From: an uncultured Pseudomonadota bacterium
GTDB lineage: Bacteria; Pseudomonadota; Alphaproteobacteria; RF32; CAG-239
DNA: 64,000 nucleotides
NCBI GenBank assembly: GCA_949297185.1
Contig: CASFRM010000006.1
Span: 16,374 to 80,373, forward strand
Direction of reading: 5' to 3'
Positions 10,568 through 18,815 of the stretch are shown piece by piece. The notes under the pieces were generated by a model that saw nothing but the letters and a program-made list of their open reading frames with translations, made no database searches and was not told the DNA's origin. The stretch's first letter is position 1, and each line of letters begins with the position of its first letter. The position numbers and the translations under genes were made by a program.

Positions 10568-11476
10568 ATGCCGTTGGAGAGTGTCAGCAATAAAGTTGAC
10601 GGCGTTGCCGGATGGGATAAAACGGTTGCCGATGTAAACAATATTGATGAAAATTTTGCCAATGCCCGTGACTTAGGTTATGCGCGTTTGAACAACTCGC
10701 GTATATCTGTTATTGCCCAACTGGGTAAATACGACAACAAAGACATGTACATGGTTCAGGTACAGTCCAACGGTAAATTATTTGTAAACCTCCGCACCGG
10801 TAACTCCACCGGAGACGAAAAAGTTTTGGATTTATCCAAATACGACACTACCCTTAACGAGATAAAAGCAGATTTGGAAGCAATGGGTGTCAAGACCGAA
10901 GAAGAGGTTATTGATACTACTCCCAAAACTCCATACGATATTGCCAAAGCCGAAGTTGAAAAAATGAAAGCCGAGAGAGAAGCCGAAAAAGCAGGCTTGC
11001 TTGATGATATTGCTCCGGGAATGACAATAAAGGTTTATATGAAAAAGGGCAATCGCACTATATGTTTGGGAGATTCTACAGCAGATAAAAATTCTGATGA
11101 ATATGCAATTATGAAGTCGATTCTTTCCGGTGAATACAAGGCCAAAAAAGGAATGTATTATATTGAGGTGGGCAGTGCGGAAGAAACTCCGAAAGAAAAT
11201 ATACCCTACATTATGCAAATTAAGCAAGGCGACAAGTACATAAACGACTATTTGGTTACCGAAACAGAGTCTGAAGATAGCAAAAACGAAACCATATCCT
11301 TAACATCATCCACTTCATCTTCGGAATATATTTCCTCGGCCTATGCTGCACAAATACAAGCACAGAAATATGATGCTACGGTAACCATGATGACCAACGC
11401 TTATCAAAATCTGGCCTCAATCAAAAATAAGCAAACCGGAGCCGCCAAGATGTTTTCAACTTTGTTAAATGTATAG
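10568..11476 (+). CDS. Hypothetical protein (302 aa)
   Basis: GGAG RBS 8 nt upstream. Clean ORF followed by a terminator. No family recognised; the C-terminus is Ser/Thr-rich. Confidence 0.6.
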   Translation: MPLESVSNKVDGVAGWDKTVADVNNIDENFANARDLGYARLNNSRISVIAQLGKYDNKDMYMVQVQSNGKLFVNLRTGNSTGDEKVLDLSKYDTTLNEIKADLEAMGVKTEEEVIDTTPKTPYDIAKAEVEKMKAEREAEKAGLLDDIAPGMTIKVYMKKGNRTICLGDSTADKNSDEYAIMKSILSGEYKAKKGMYYIEVGSAEETPKENIPYIMQIKQGDKYINDYLVTETESEDSKNETISLTSSTSSSEYISSAYAAQIQAQKYDATVTMMTNAYQNLASIKNKQTGAAKMFSTLLNV

Positions 11477-11497
11477 CAGTTCTAGTTTTAATTAACA

Positions 11498-11527
11498 AAA
11501 GCCGCCGTTTAATGGGCGGTTTTTTTA
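11498..11527 (+). terminator. Rho-independent terminator
   Basis: aaaagCCGCCgtttaatgGGCGGttttttt hairpin plus T-run, directly after the 302-aa ORF. Confidence 0.6.
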
Positions 11528-11528
11528 T

Positions 11529-11693
11529 ATTCTCGGGACACCATACATACCTACCTCCTCGGACACCACACATAAAGTCATCCTCGGATTTATTCCGTGG
11601 GGCTACCATATGTCGTCATCCTCGGATTTATTCCGAGGATCTCATACGCTATAGCACATTGTTTCATTAGATTCTCGGGACAAGCCCGAGAAT
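11529..11693. repeat. Cluster of short palindromic hairpin repeats (GTCATYCTCGGR-loop-YCCGAGRAT family)
   Basis: gtcatcctcggatttattccgaggatctca at 11614-11644, a degenerate copy at 11577-11602, and attctcgggacaagcccgagaat at 11671-11693. The same family occurs at 34178-35244. Confidence 0.75.
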
Positions 11694-11700
11694 AACTGGT

Positions 11701-13431
11701 CTAGAATGTACTCAGTATACTTTGTGCTGATTGAGAGGCAAGAGATAGGGAATTAATTGCTAACTGTTGACGCGTTTGCAAAGTGAGATATTGTGCCGAA
11801 GCCTCGTTCATATCGGCCAAGGTCAAATTATCGGCTCCGGTTTCCAACACATCGGTTAGAGCCTCGGTAAAATTAATACGGGTTTTAATTATTGAATAAT
11901 GATTGCCGAGTTCCTCTTGAAACGAACGGATTGAATTAACCGCTTTGGTTATTTCTTCCAACGACTTTTTAATTGCCGAGGTGTCAAACAAATCCCTAGT
12001 TTCTAACCCCAGCGACATACTATCAGCCAAAACACCGGCAATGCTGTATTTATTAGAACGACTTTCGTTAAAAGTAACTTCTAAATTGCCGCCCTTAAGC
12101 AGATTAATTCCCTGATACGAGCTGTCGTTCAATAAGTTGTCATATTCTTCCAATATTTTTTTGTATTGCTCGGCATAGTTATTTTCTTTAACCTCAAAAG
12201 CTTCTTCCAACTGTTTTTCTAAGGTACTTACAAAATCCGCCGAGTTTTTACTGTCTTCTTTTTTGGTCATAAATTGATCGTAATCGCCATTGGTTATAGT
12301 CGGCACGGTAACAGTTTGCCTAGCTACCCAATGAGACATAGCTACAGCATTTTTATTGGCTAAGTAAAATTCGGTGTTTATACTAACCACACTAGTGGGG
12401 TCTGAAAATTTGATAGCTGCACCAAATTTGGAAATAGCATATATGTATGCTGAAATTGTACAGTCTTTCACAAAATTTATTCCTGCAGCACCACCACCTT
12501 TGGCCTCAAGATTAAAAACTCCAGCAATTGATGATGATGTTATTTGAGCACAATGAGCACCTCCTCCAATAGTTGAAATATTACATTCTCCTACAAAACT
12601 TGAAGCATTTAACCACATTCCACTTCCATTTCCGAAGGTTTTTATATTTGTTGTTCCAGAAAAAACAGAACTAACTACATTTATACCTATTGCAACATAA
12701 CCATTTGTTGTAGCATTTAAATTACCACTAGCATTACTTTTTGACAAGTACACGGCATTTGCTCTGTCACCAGTTGTATTAATATTAATGTTATCAAAAT
12801 TTACCGTTGAATTACTTATGCTAACACAGTTTGAACTGTATACACTTAACGAATTAAGATTAACCGTGATATTTTGCAATGTGCATCCATCTTGCACAGT
12901 AAGCATACTATAAGTTTTGTTGGTATTATCTGTTCTTGTAAAATTCAAGCTGACATCTTGGGTTAGGCCGGCGAGGGTTTTGCCTTTAGTGAGGGTTATG
13001 GTTTCATTATCGGCAAAGGTCAAAGATTGAGTAACCACAATTTTATCAATATTACTGTCAGCAATAGCGGCTTTTAATTCCTCTACTGTTGATACTCTAG
13101 TATAGTCGCTAAAATCATATTTGACATTGCTTGCCGCCTTATTAACTACCGCGGTTGCTTGCTCCAAAAATTCCGCTCCCGAAGTCAAACCTTGGGTTGC
13201 AGCTTCAATAGTTTGGATACCTTGCCCCATCGCATCTAAAAGAGCGGTCAAATCAGCCGCCCGATTGGTCAGAGAGCGCGCTTGGTAATAGCTGGACGCA
13301 TTGTCTATCGCCGAGTTCACTTCCTTTCCCGTCGCTAAAACAAGCTGAGTTTTATCCATTTGTTTGGATATATTTCTCAAACTTAGCAAATTATTGCGCA
13401 TTGAGGCGTTTAAGGTGATGTTGTTATTCAT
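11701..13431 (-). CDS. Flagellin-like protein with a large non-flagellin central domain
   Basis: The N-terminus (ITLNASMRNNLLSLRNISKQMDKTQLVLATGKEVNSAIDNASSYYQARSLTNRAADL) and C-terminus (ADMNEASAQYLTLQTRQQLAINSLSLASQSAQSIL) look like flagellin D0/D1 helices of the alphaproteobacterial flagellin-like (DUF1522-type) group. The middle ~300 aa is rich in N/S/T/G/I/V periodic strands. Confidence 0.72.
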   Translation of the reverse strand: MNNNITLNASMRNNLLSLRNISKQMDKTQLVLATGKEVNSAIDNASSYYQARSLTNRAADLTALLDAMGQGIQTIEAATQGLTSGAEFLEQATAVVNKAASNVKYDFSDYTRVSTVEELKAAIADSNIDKIVVTQSLTFADNETITLTKGKTLAGLTQDVSLNFTRTDNTNKTYSMLTVQDGCTLQNITVNLNSLSVYSSNCVSISNSTVNFDNININTTGDRANAVYLSKSNASGNLNATTNGYVAIGINVVSSVFSGTTNIKTFGNGSGMWLNASSFVGECNISTIGGGAHCAQITSSSIAGVFNLEAKGGGAAGINFVKDCTISAYIYAISKFGAAIKFSDPTSVVSINTEFYLANKNAVAMSHWVARQTVTVPTITNGDYDQFMTKKEDSKNSADFVSTLEKQLEEAFEVKENNYAEQYKKILEEYDNLLNDSSYQGINLLKGGNLEVTFNESRSNKYSIAGVLADSMSLGLETRDLFDTSAIKKSLEEITKAVNSIRSFQEELGNHYSIIKTRINFTEALTDVLETGADNLTLADMNEASAQYLTLQTRQQLAINSLSLASQSAQSILSTF

Positions 13432-13520
13432 CTCTCACCTCCCGCCCATTCGCGATAAATCATATCATTTTGGCTAAGTCGATTCGTATGTATTTTAAAC
13501 ACAACAAAACTTTCCGCCAT

Positions 13521-13529
13521 ATTATAGCA
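13521..13529 (-). promoter_or_regulatory. Candidate extended -10 promoter element for the flagellin-like gene
   Basis: The minus strand reads TGCTATAAT (TGnTATAAT) about 90 nt upstream of the start codon. No convincing -35 element. Confidence 0.3.
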
Positions 13530-13609
13530 GAAAGCCCACAATTCCTCATTAAAGAGGCTATGTCTCAATCCTTGTGACAACAATTCTGTTGCGTCCTTAT
13601 ATCTTATTT

Positions 13610-13651
13610 CCTTAAGAAAATCCCGTATGGTTAATTACTCCATACGGGATT
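13610..13651 (-). terminator. Hairpin plus T-run (minus strand), probable terminator isolating the tRNA-Arg region from the flagellin-like gene
   Basis: Perfect 12-bp stem aatcccgtatgg / ccatacgggatt (13619-13651). On the minus strand it is followed by TTTTCTT. Confidence 0.45.
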
Positions 13652-13710
13652 CATCATACCAAAATTTTTCTTAAAAAGGAATTAATTTATTATATGTAAA
13701 CCAAATTTTG

Positions 13711-13796
13711 TGGTTCGAAAACTGCCGGAAAAAAAGTAACAAAAAAACCTCTGTTCAATTTGGAGGCTTTTACAAAAAAATGGCGCGCCCGGCAGG
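13711..13796. repeat. Direct repeat copy 1: 3'-terminal 16 nt of tRNA-Arg plus its downstream terminator/flank
   Basis: The ~86 bp from tggttcgaaaactgccggaaaaaa to ttttacaaaaaaatggcgcgcccggcagg is near-identical to 13967-14053, which overlaps the real tRNA-Arg 3' end. Confidence 0.9.
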
Positions 13797-13966
13797 CTAC
13801 AAGCTACAAAAACACCGTTGCTCCGGTGTTTTTTAGCGCAGAAGGCGAAGTTTATTTATCTTATAAGCGGCGGAGTAATCAGTCGCTTATAAGATTAAGA
13901 AACGAGAGACCGCAGCGAGTTAGCTTTTGACGCTGTTGCGTCAAAGCTTATGAGCCAGATGAACCT
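13797..13966 (+). other. tRNA-linked conserved noncoding element, copy A (candidate miniature integrative element or structured RNA)
   Basis: 170 bp between the two direct repeats and homologous to 32382-32583. The 57-nt core at 13904-13960 (gaccgcagcgagttagcttttgacgc-loop-gcgtcaaagcttatgagccaga) is nearly identical to copy B except in the hairpin loop. Two further hairpins lie upstream of the core. Confidence 0.55.
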
Positions 13967-14053
13967 TGGTTCGAAAACTGCCGGAAAAAAAGGTAACAAA
14001 AAAACCTCCGTTTTACTTGGAGGCTTTTACAAAAAAATGGCGCGCCCGGCAGG
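13967..14053. repeat. Direct repeat copy 2 (native flank plus 3' end of tRNA-Arg)
   Basis: Counterpart of 13711-13796. Includes the tRNA terminator hairpin (gcctcc...ggaggt plus T-run on the minus strand). Confidence 0.9.
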
Positions 14054-14114
14054 ATTCGAACTTACAACCTTCTGATCCGTAGTCAGATGCTCTATCCAAT
14101 TGAGCTACGGGCGC
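14038..14114 (-). tRNA. tRNA-Arg (anticodon ACG)
   Basis: The reverse complement folds as a 77-nt cloverleaf, GCGCCCG-TA-GCTC...GAGC-A-TCTGA-CTACGGA-TCAGA-AGGTT-GTAAG-TTCGAAT-CCTGC-CGGGCGC-G-CCA. CCA is encoded. The T stem has one A:C mismatch. Confidence 0.93.
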
Positions 14115-14321
14115 ATCTCAGACAACGAGATAGTTATTACAACATCAAAAATAAAAAAGCAAGAAAATTTTTAAAAAATTTATCTCGGTTAGCAATAATT
14201 TAACAAATTACTTTCTATAATGCGAGCAAATGTCATCAAACTTTTTTTGTAAAAATTCCTTTACAAAAATGCTAGATGGTGTAAAAACAAAAGGAAAGTT
14301 AAATTTTTAAGGGCTTTTTCA

Positions 14322-15416
14322 ATGACAAAAATCGCAAAAATATCATCTTTGGTACTGGCTATGGCAGCTCTTAGCGGCTGTACATATTCTTCGGATGCAA
14401 TATTCCCCTCGCTTTTTGGTGAAGATGTTGAGAATGTATCAAGTGAAAATGATGCCAAAACTGCCGGTATAGTTTTAGGAACTACAAATTTTGAACCGGT
14501 CAATATTTCAGAGGTAAATAATACCGGAACTTTTGTTGGGCAAAAAGTTCTCACATTTCGTAATGAATTAAGCCAATTACAGACCTCAATTAAAGAAAAT
14601 AATGCCGAATTGCAAAAATTGAGAAGCTCTGTTGTTAATAATGCTCTGCAATATCATAAAACTATTGGTATGATTGAGGCAAAATTACAAGTTGGTACCA
14701 CCCCCGGTAACCCTTTGATGTATGAGATGTTGGCAAAAGCTCAGAATAATATTCAGGTTATGAGCACCAACTCGGCAAGTCTTAATCAGTTGTCAGCCAA
14801 AGTTGCTGCCGACACTGCCAATACTGACTATTTGGTAGATGCAATTCGTTCGGCTTATAGCATATCAGGTGCCGTCGATGAAGACCATGTCCAATTGCGT
14901 ACACTGGAAAATGAAGCCGGACAGACCTCTATCTTGATGCACTCATTATTAAATGAAATTAATAGTGATATTTCTCGTCAACAACAATATGTTGATACGG
15001 CAAATAACAACATTGTCAAATTGAGTGACGCAATCAGAGTCGGTAGTTATGGAGTTAATAATGTCCCGATGGGCAACATGCCGATGATTGGTAATGCTAA
15101 CACAACTCGTGTAAATTCCAAGGCATCTCCGGCCATGATAAGCGGCAAGCCGTTGTTGGCAATTAAATTTTCTTCACCCGATGTCAAATATCAAGAAGGC
15201 TTAAAACAAGCTGTGGCCAATGCTGTAGCCAAAAAGCCGGATATTATTTTTGATGTCGTAGCCGTTAATCCGGCAAGAGGAGGCAGTGCACAAAAATATG
15301 CTTCTGAGGTTTTTCAAGATATAATAGACCTCGGAGTTAATGCCGACAAGGTAAATATTTCTTCAAAAACCGATGCTAAAGCCAAATCTCCGGCAGTCAT
15401 GGTTTTTGTTCGCTAG
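14322..15416 (+). CDS. Hypothetical lipoprotein (364 aa)
   Basis: Signal peptide with lipobox LSGC (MTKIAKISSLVLAMAALSGC). Coiled-coil-like middle region. Followed by a strong terminator. Confidence 0.7.
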   Translation: MTKIAKISSLVLAMAALSGCTYSSDAIFPSLFGEDVENVSSENDAKTAGIVLGTTNFEPVNISEVNNTGTFVGQKVLTFRNELSQLQTSIKENNAELQKLRSSVVNNALQYHKTIGMIEAKLQVGTTPGNPLMYEMLAKAQNNIQVMSTNSASLNQLSAKVAADTANTDYLVDAIRSAYSISGAVDEDHVQLRTLENEAGQTSILMHSLLNEINSDISRQQQYVDTANNNIVKLSDAIRVGSYGVNNVPMGNMPMIGNANTTRVNSKASPAMISGKPLLAIKFSSPDVKYQEGLKQAVANAVAKKPDIIFDVVAVNPARGGSAQKYASEVFQDIIDLGVNADKVNISSKTDAKAKSPAVMVFVR

Positions 15417-15432
15417 AAAATAATTTATTTTT

Positions 15433-15468
15433 AAGACCGCTTGGTTGCTACCCAAGCGGTCTTTTTTA
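15433..15468 (+). terminator. Rho-independent terminator
   Basis: 12-bp perfect stem aagaccgcttgg / ccaagcggtctt followed by a T-run. Confidence 0.8.
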
Positions 15469-15672
15469 TGACTATAAGACAAATATATACATCGAATGTT
15501 AGACAGAAGCGGTTAAAATCAGGTGCGGAATAAAATAGAATGCGCGCTATATAAATCATAAGATGTTGTTGGAAAATCAGACAATTAAATAGTCGCCTCC
15601 TTTTGCTGACAGAGCAGCTACTAGAGCACCGAATTGTAGAGATATCATTCATCCATACAAACTGTTTTGTGC

Positions 15673-15710
15673 AAAAAAAAGAAGCCCCCAGTTCGAGGAC
15701 TTCTTTTTTA
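15673..15710. terminator. Bidirectional terminator downstream of rpsA
   Basis: An A-run, a hairpin (agaagccc...ggacttct), then a T-run. On the minus strand it lies directly after the rpsA stop. Confidence 0.6.
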
Positions 15711-15726
15711 TTAAGAATTTTAAGCT

Positions 15727-17409
15727 TTAAGCGTTCTTCTTCAAAGCTTCACCGAGAGCATCGCCAAGGGCAGAGTTTCCGGTTGCAGAAGAGTATTCTT
15801 CCAAAGCTTTCTTTTCTTCGTCGATTTCCAAAGCCTTAATTGACAAACCAACTTTAGAGTTTTTCTTATCAACAGAAGTAACTTTGGCTTCAACTTTATC
15901 ACCTTCTTTGAAGTTTTCAGGATTTTGTGCAGCTTTATCTTTGGCTAAATCACCTTTTTTGATATAAGCAGACAAACCATTAACTTCAACGGTAATACCT
16001 TTGTCATCGATAGCTGTAACGGTTGCAGAAACAACATCACCTTTTTTCAATTCACTGATGGCAGCCGAAACACTGTCTTCGGTTAATTGTTTAATACCAA
16101 GGCTGATGCGTTCTTTTTCAACATCAACATCAATGATTTTAGCTTGGATTTCTTGACCTTTGGTGTAATCCTTAACGGCTTCTTCACCTGATTTATCCCA
16201 AGCGATATCAGACAAGTGGATCATACCATCGATTTCGTCAGACAAACCAACAAACAAACCAAATTCGGTAATGTTTTTGATTTTTCCTTCGATTACAGAA
16301 CCGAGCGGGTGCTCTTCAATATAAGCAGCCCAAGGATTCGGGGTGCATTGTTTAATGCCCAAAGAGATGCGTCTTTTATCAACATCAACTTCCAAAACCT
16401 TAACTTCAACTTCTTGAGAAGTAGAAACGATTTTGCCCGGATGAACATTTTTACGAGTCCAGCTCATTTCAGAAACGTGGACCAAACCTTCGATTCCATC
16501 TTCCAATTCAACGAAAGCACCATAATCGGTAATATTGGTAACTTTACCTTTGTAGATTTCACCGACTTTATATTTGCCTTCAACATTAGCCCAAGGATCA
16601 GATTCGAGTTGTTTCATACCCAAGCTGATGCGTTGAGTATCTTCATTGAACTTGATAACCTGAACTTTAACGGTTTGACCAACCGACAAAACTTCTGCCG
16701 GGTGATTAATACGACGCCAAGAAATATCGGTAACATGGAGCAAGCCGTCAACGCCGCCCAAGTCAATGAATGCACCGTAATCGGTAATGTTTTTAACAAC
16801 ACCCTCGAGAACAGAACCTTCTTTGAGGTCGTTAATCAATTCGGCTCTTGCTTCGGCTCTGGTTTCTTCCAATACAACGCGGCGAGAAACAACGATGTTT
16901 CCTCTAACCTTATCCATTTTCAAAATTTGGAACGGTTGAACCACACCCATCAAAGGAGTGATGTCGCGTATCGGGCGGATATCGATTTGAGAACCAGGCA
17001 AGAAAGCGATTGCACCGTTAAGATCAACGGTAAATCCGCCTTTAACTCTTCCGAAGATAACACCGTTAACTCTTTCGCCGGCGTTAAGAGATTTTTCCAA
17101 ATCATGCCAAGCTTCTTCACGGCGAGCTTTTTCACGAGACAAAACGATATTTCCGTCTTTATCTTCATAGCGGTCAACATAAACTTCAACCACATCGCCC
17201 ACTTTCAATTCCGGATTTTGCCCGAATTCACGCAACGGAATGCGGCCTTCAGACTTCAAACCGACATCTACAGTAGCAAAATCGGGAGTTAAGCGAATGA
17301 TAGTACCTTTAACAACCGAACCGGTAATACCGTTGTCACCGAATTGTTCATTCAACAATTCTTCAAAATTTTCGGTCATTTCAGGGATTTTAAATTCAGT
17401 ATTAGTCAT
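15727..17409 (-). CDS. rpsA: 30S ribosomal protein S1
   Basis: 560 aa with six S1 RNA-binding repeats (repeated GxVxxxxxxGxFVxL motifs). Confidence 0.97.
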   Translation of the reverse strand: MTNTEFKIPEMTENFEELLNEQFGDNGITGSVVKGTIIRLTPDFATVDVGLKSEGRIPLREFGQNPELKVGDVVEVYVDRYEDKDGNIVLSREKARREEAWHDLEKSLNAGERVNGVIFGRVKGGFTVDLNGAIAFLPGSQIDIRPIRDITPLMGVVQPFQILKMDKVRGNIVVSRRVVLEETRAEARAELINDLKEGSVLEGVVKNITDYGAFIDLGGVDGLLHVTDISWRRINHPAEVLSVGQTVKVQVIKFNEDTQRISLGMKQLESDPWANVEGKYKVGEIYKGKVTNITDYGAFVELEDGIEGLVHVSEMSWTRKNVHPGKIVSTSQEVEVKVLEVDVDKRRISLGIKQCTPNPWAAYIEEHPLGSVIEGKIKNITEFGLFVGLSDEIDGMIHLSDIAWDKSGEEAVKDYTKGQEIQAKIIDVDVEKERISLGIKQLTEDSVSAAISELKKGDVVSATVTAIDDKGITVEVNGLSAYIKKGDLAKDKAAQNPENFKEGDKVEAKVTSVDKKNSKVGLSIKALEIDEEKKALEEYSSATGNSALGDALGEALKKNA

Positions 17410-17566
17410 TAAATATATATTTCAAAAAATGCCGGCCCAAAAAAATACAGGCGGACTTGTGCGAGTTACAATTCCGATAAAGCAACGCACCTTGCATTAT
17501 CGACAGAGGTATTTATACACGCAAATATTTATTTTTCAAGCAAAAAAGACAGCTCAAAACCAAGTT

Positions 17567-18223
17567 TTAGAGTCTTTCATCTACGATTCTGCATACTTTT
17601 GCAAAAACTTCGTCGATTCCCATATCTGAAGTATCGATAATTATGGCGTCATCAGCCGGTTTTAGAGGAGAAGCGGCTCTGGAAGAATCTCTTAAGTCAC
17701 GTTCTTTGGTTTGCGCCAAAACCTCTTCATACACCGAAGGCAATCCTTTTTGCAGATATTCTTTGTGTCGGCGCATTGCTCTTACTTCCGGAGAGGCGGT
17801 TACAAAAAGCTTTACTTCGGCTTGTGGGCAAACCGTGGTTCCGGTATCTCTGCCGTCATAGACTACACCTGCAATCAAAGAACCGTCCTTTGCGATAGGT
17901 TTTTTTGCAAAATCTTGCTGCATTTTAAGCAATGCCTCTCTGACTTTAGGCATTGCAGCAACTTTTGAAGCAGCTTGTCCTCCAACCGAAGAGCGGAAAT
18001 CCGGATTTTGTGCCAATTCCAACATCTTGGAAAAGGTCATATTTTGTGCCGATTTTTCTGCTTCTGCAACATTGTCTGGAGCAATTCCGTTGGAAACCAA
18101 ATCGATTCCAACTGCACGGTAAACCATTCCGGTATCAAAGTATGCCAAATTATATTTATCTGCTAATTTCTGAGCAAGAGTGCCTTTTCCGGCGGCAGCT
18201 GGGCCATCAATTGTTATAATCAT
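17567..18223 (-). CDS. cmk: Cytidylate kinase
   Basis: P-loop IITIDGPAAAGKGT. The cmk-rpsA adjacency is widely conserved. Confidence 0.95.
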   Translation of the reverse strand: MIITIDGPAAAGKGTLAQKLADKYNLAYFDTGMVYRAVGIDLVSNGIAPDNVAEAEKSAQNMTFSKMLELAQNPDFRSSVGGQAASKVAAMPKVREALLKMQQDFAKKPIAKDGSLIAGVVYDGRDTGTTVCPQAEVKLFVTASPEVRAMRRHKEYLQKGLPSVYEEVLAQTKERDLRDSSRAASPLKPADDAIIIDTSDMGIDEVFAKVCRIVDERL

Positions 18224-18347
18224 GAAAAAAACTCAAAAAAAATTTATTTTGTAACCAAATATTCACTTTATTGAGAGTAAAATAACCGATATAATAAATA
18301 TAAGGAAGCCCAAAAAAGTGAATGTGTATATTTAGCGGAGAAGAGAA

Positions 18348-18815
18348 ATGATAAGGTTTTTGATATTCAGCTTTTGTTTATTTTTTAGTTTAAATGCCGA
18401 AGCTTTGGTCAAACAAAGTGTTTCGCAAGCCTTGTCATACCGCAATGTCGTAAGCGGTGTTTCCGTCAGTGAGCCGGAAGAAAAAGTTTTAGATGTTCCT
18501 TCGACACCAGCCCCCAGACCGGTAGAGGATGAAAAAATAGAAGAAGTAGATTTAAGAACATCTTCTTCAAAGACGGTATCTCTCGGTAATAAAGGCAAGG
18601 TATTGATAAGGCTTCCTGAAGAAAGCGGATCTCGCTGGAAAGTTTCTTATAACAACAGCAATGTTATAATGGTAAGCAATGTTGTTAAAAGCAGCACTAG
18701 GGAAGTGATGTTTATGAAAAAAAGAACGGGCGGTAGCACCATCTTTTTCGATAAGACCAATTCTCAAGGTGATGTAGTTACTAATAAAGCAGTCTATATT
18801 AAGGACAGCTTATGA
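18348..18815 (+). CDS. Hypothetical secreted protein (155 aa)
   Basis: N-terminal signal peptide (MIRFLIFSFCLFFSLNAEA). 4-nt overlap with rsmE. No family recognised. Confidence 0.55.
   Translation: MIRFLIFSFCLFFSLNAEALVKQSVSQALSYRNVVSGVSVSEPEEKVLDVPSTPAPRPVEDEKIEEVDLRTSSSKTVSLGNKGKVLIRLPEESGSRWKVSYNNSNVIMVSNVVKSSTREVMFMKKRTGGSTIFFDKTNSQGDVVTNKAVYIKDSL

Noticed and set aside
13671-13685. Perfect CtrA-box-like TTAA-N7-TTAA ~240 nt upstream of the flagellin-like gene
   Set aside because: The pattern is expected by chance fairly often in sequence this AT-rich. It lies upstream of a terminator-like hairpin relative to the gene, and no second supporting site was found at the pilin or virB promoters.
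13797-13966. Two-piece (permuted) alphaproteobacterial tmRNA or a tag-peptide reading frame (…TAAS-stop is conserved in both element copies)
   Set aside because: There is no tRNA-Ala-like acceptor/T-arm module (no G3:U70 and no TTCGA T-loop within the element). The adjacent tRNA fragments are Arg and Val. The short conserved frame ends in AAS rather than a typical ...LAA/VAA tag, and the two copies differ upstream of it.
15470-15672. ~200-bp gap between two terminators as a possible small RNA gene
   Set aside because: I could see no conserved structure, promoter or known RNA motif (SRP, 6S, RNase P, tmRNA). Only short spurious ORFs occur there. The evidence is insufficient to call a feature.
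16216-17292. 358-aa ORF on the plus strand
   Set aside because: It lies entirely antisense within rpsA. The translation is low-complexity (N/F/R-rich) and has no RBS. It is an artefact of the repetitive S1-domain coding sequence on the opposite strand.
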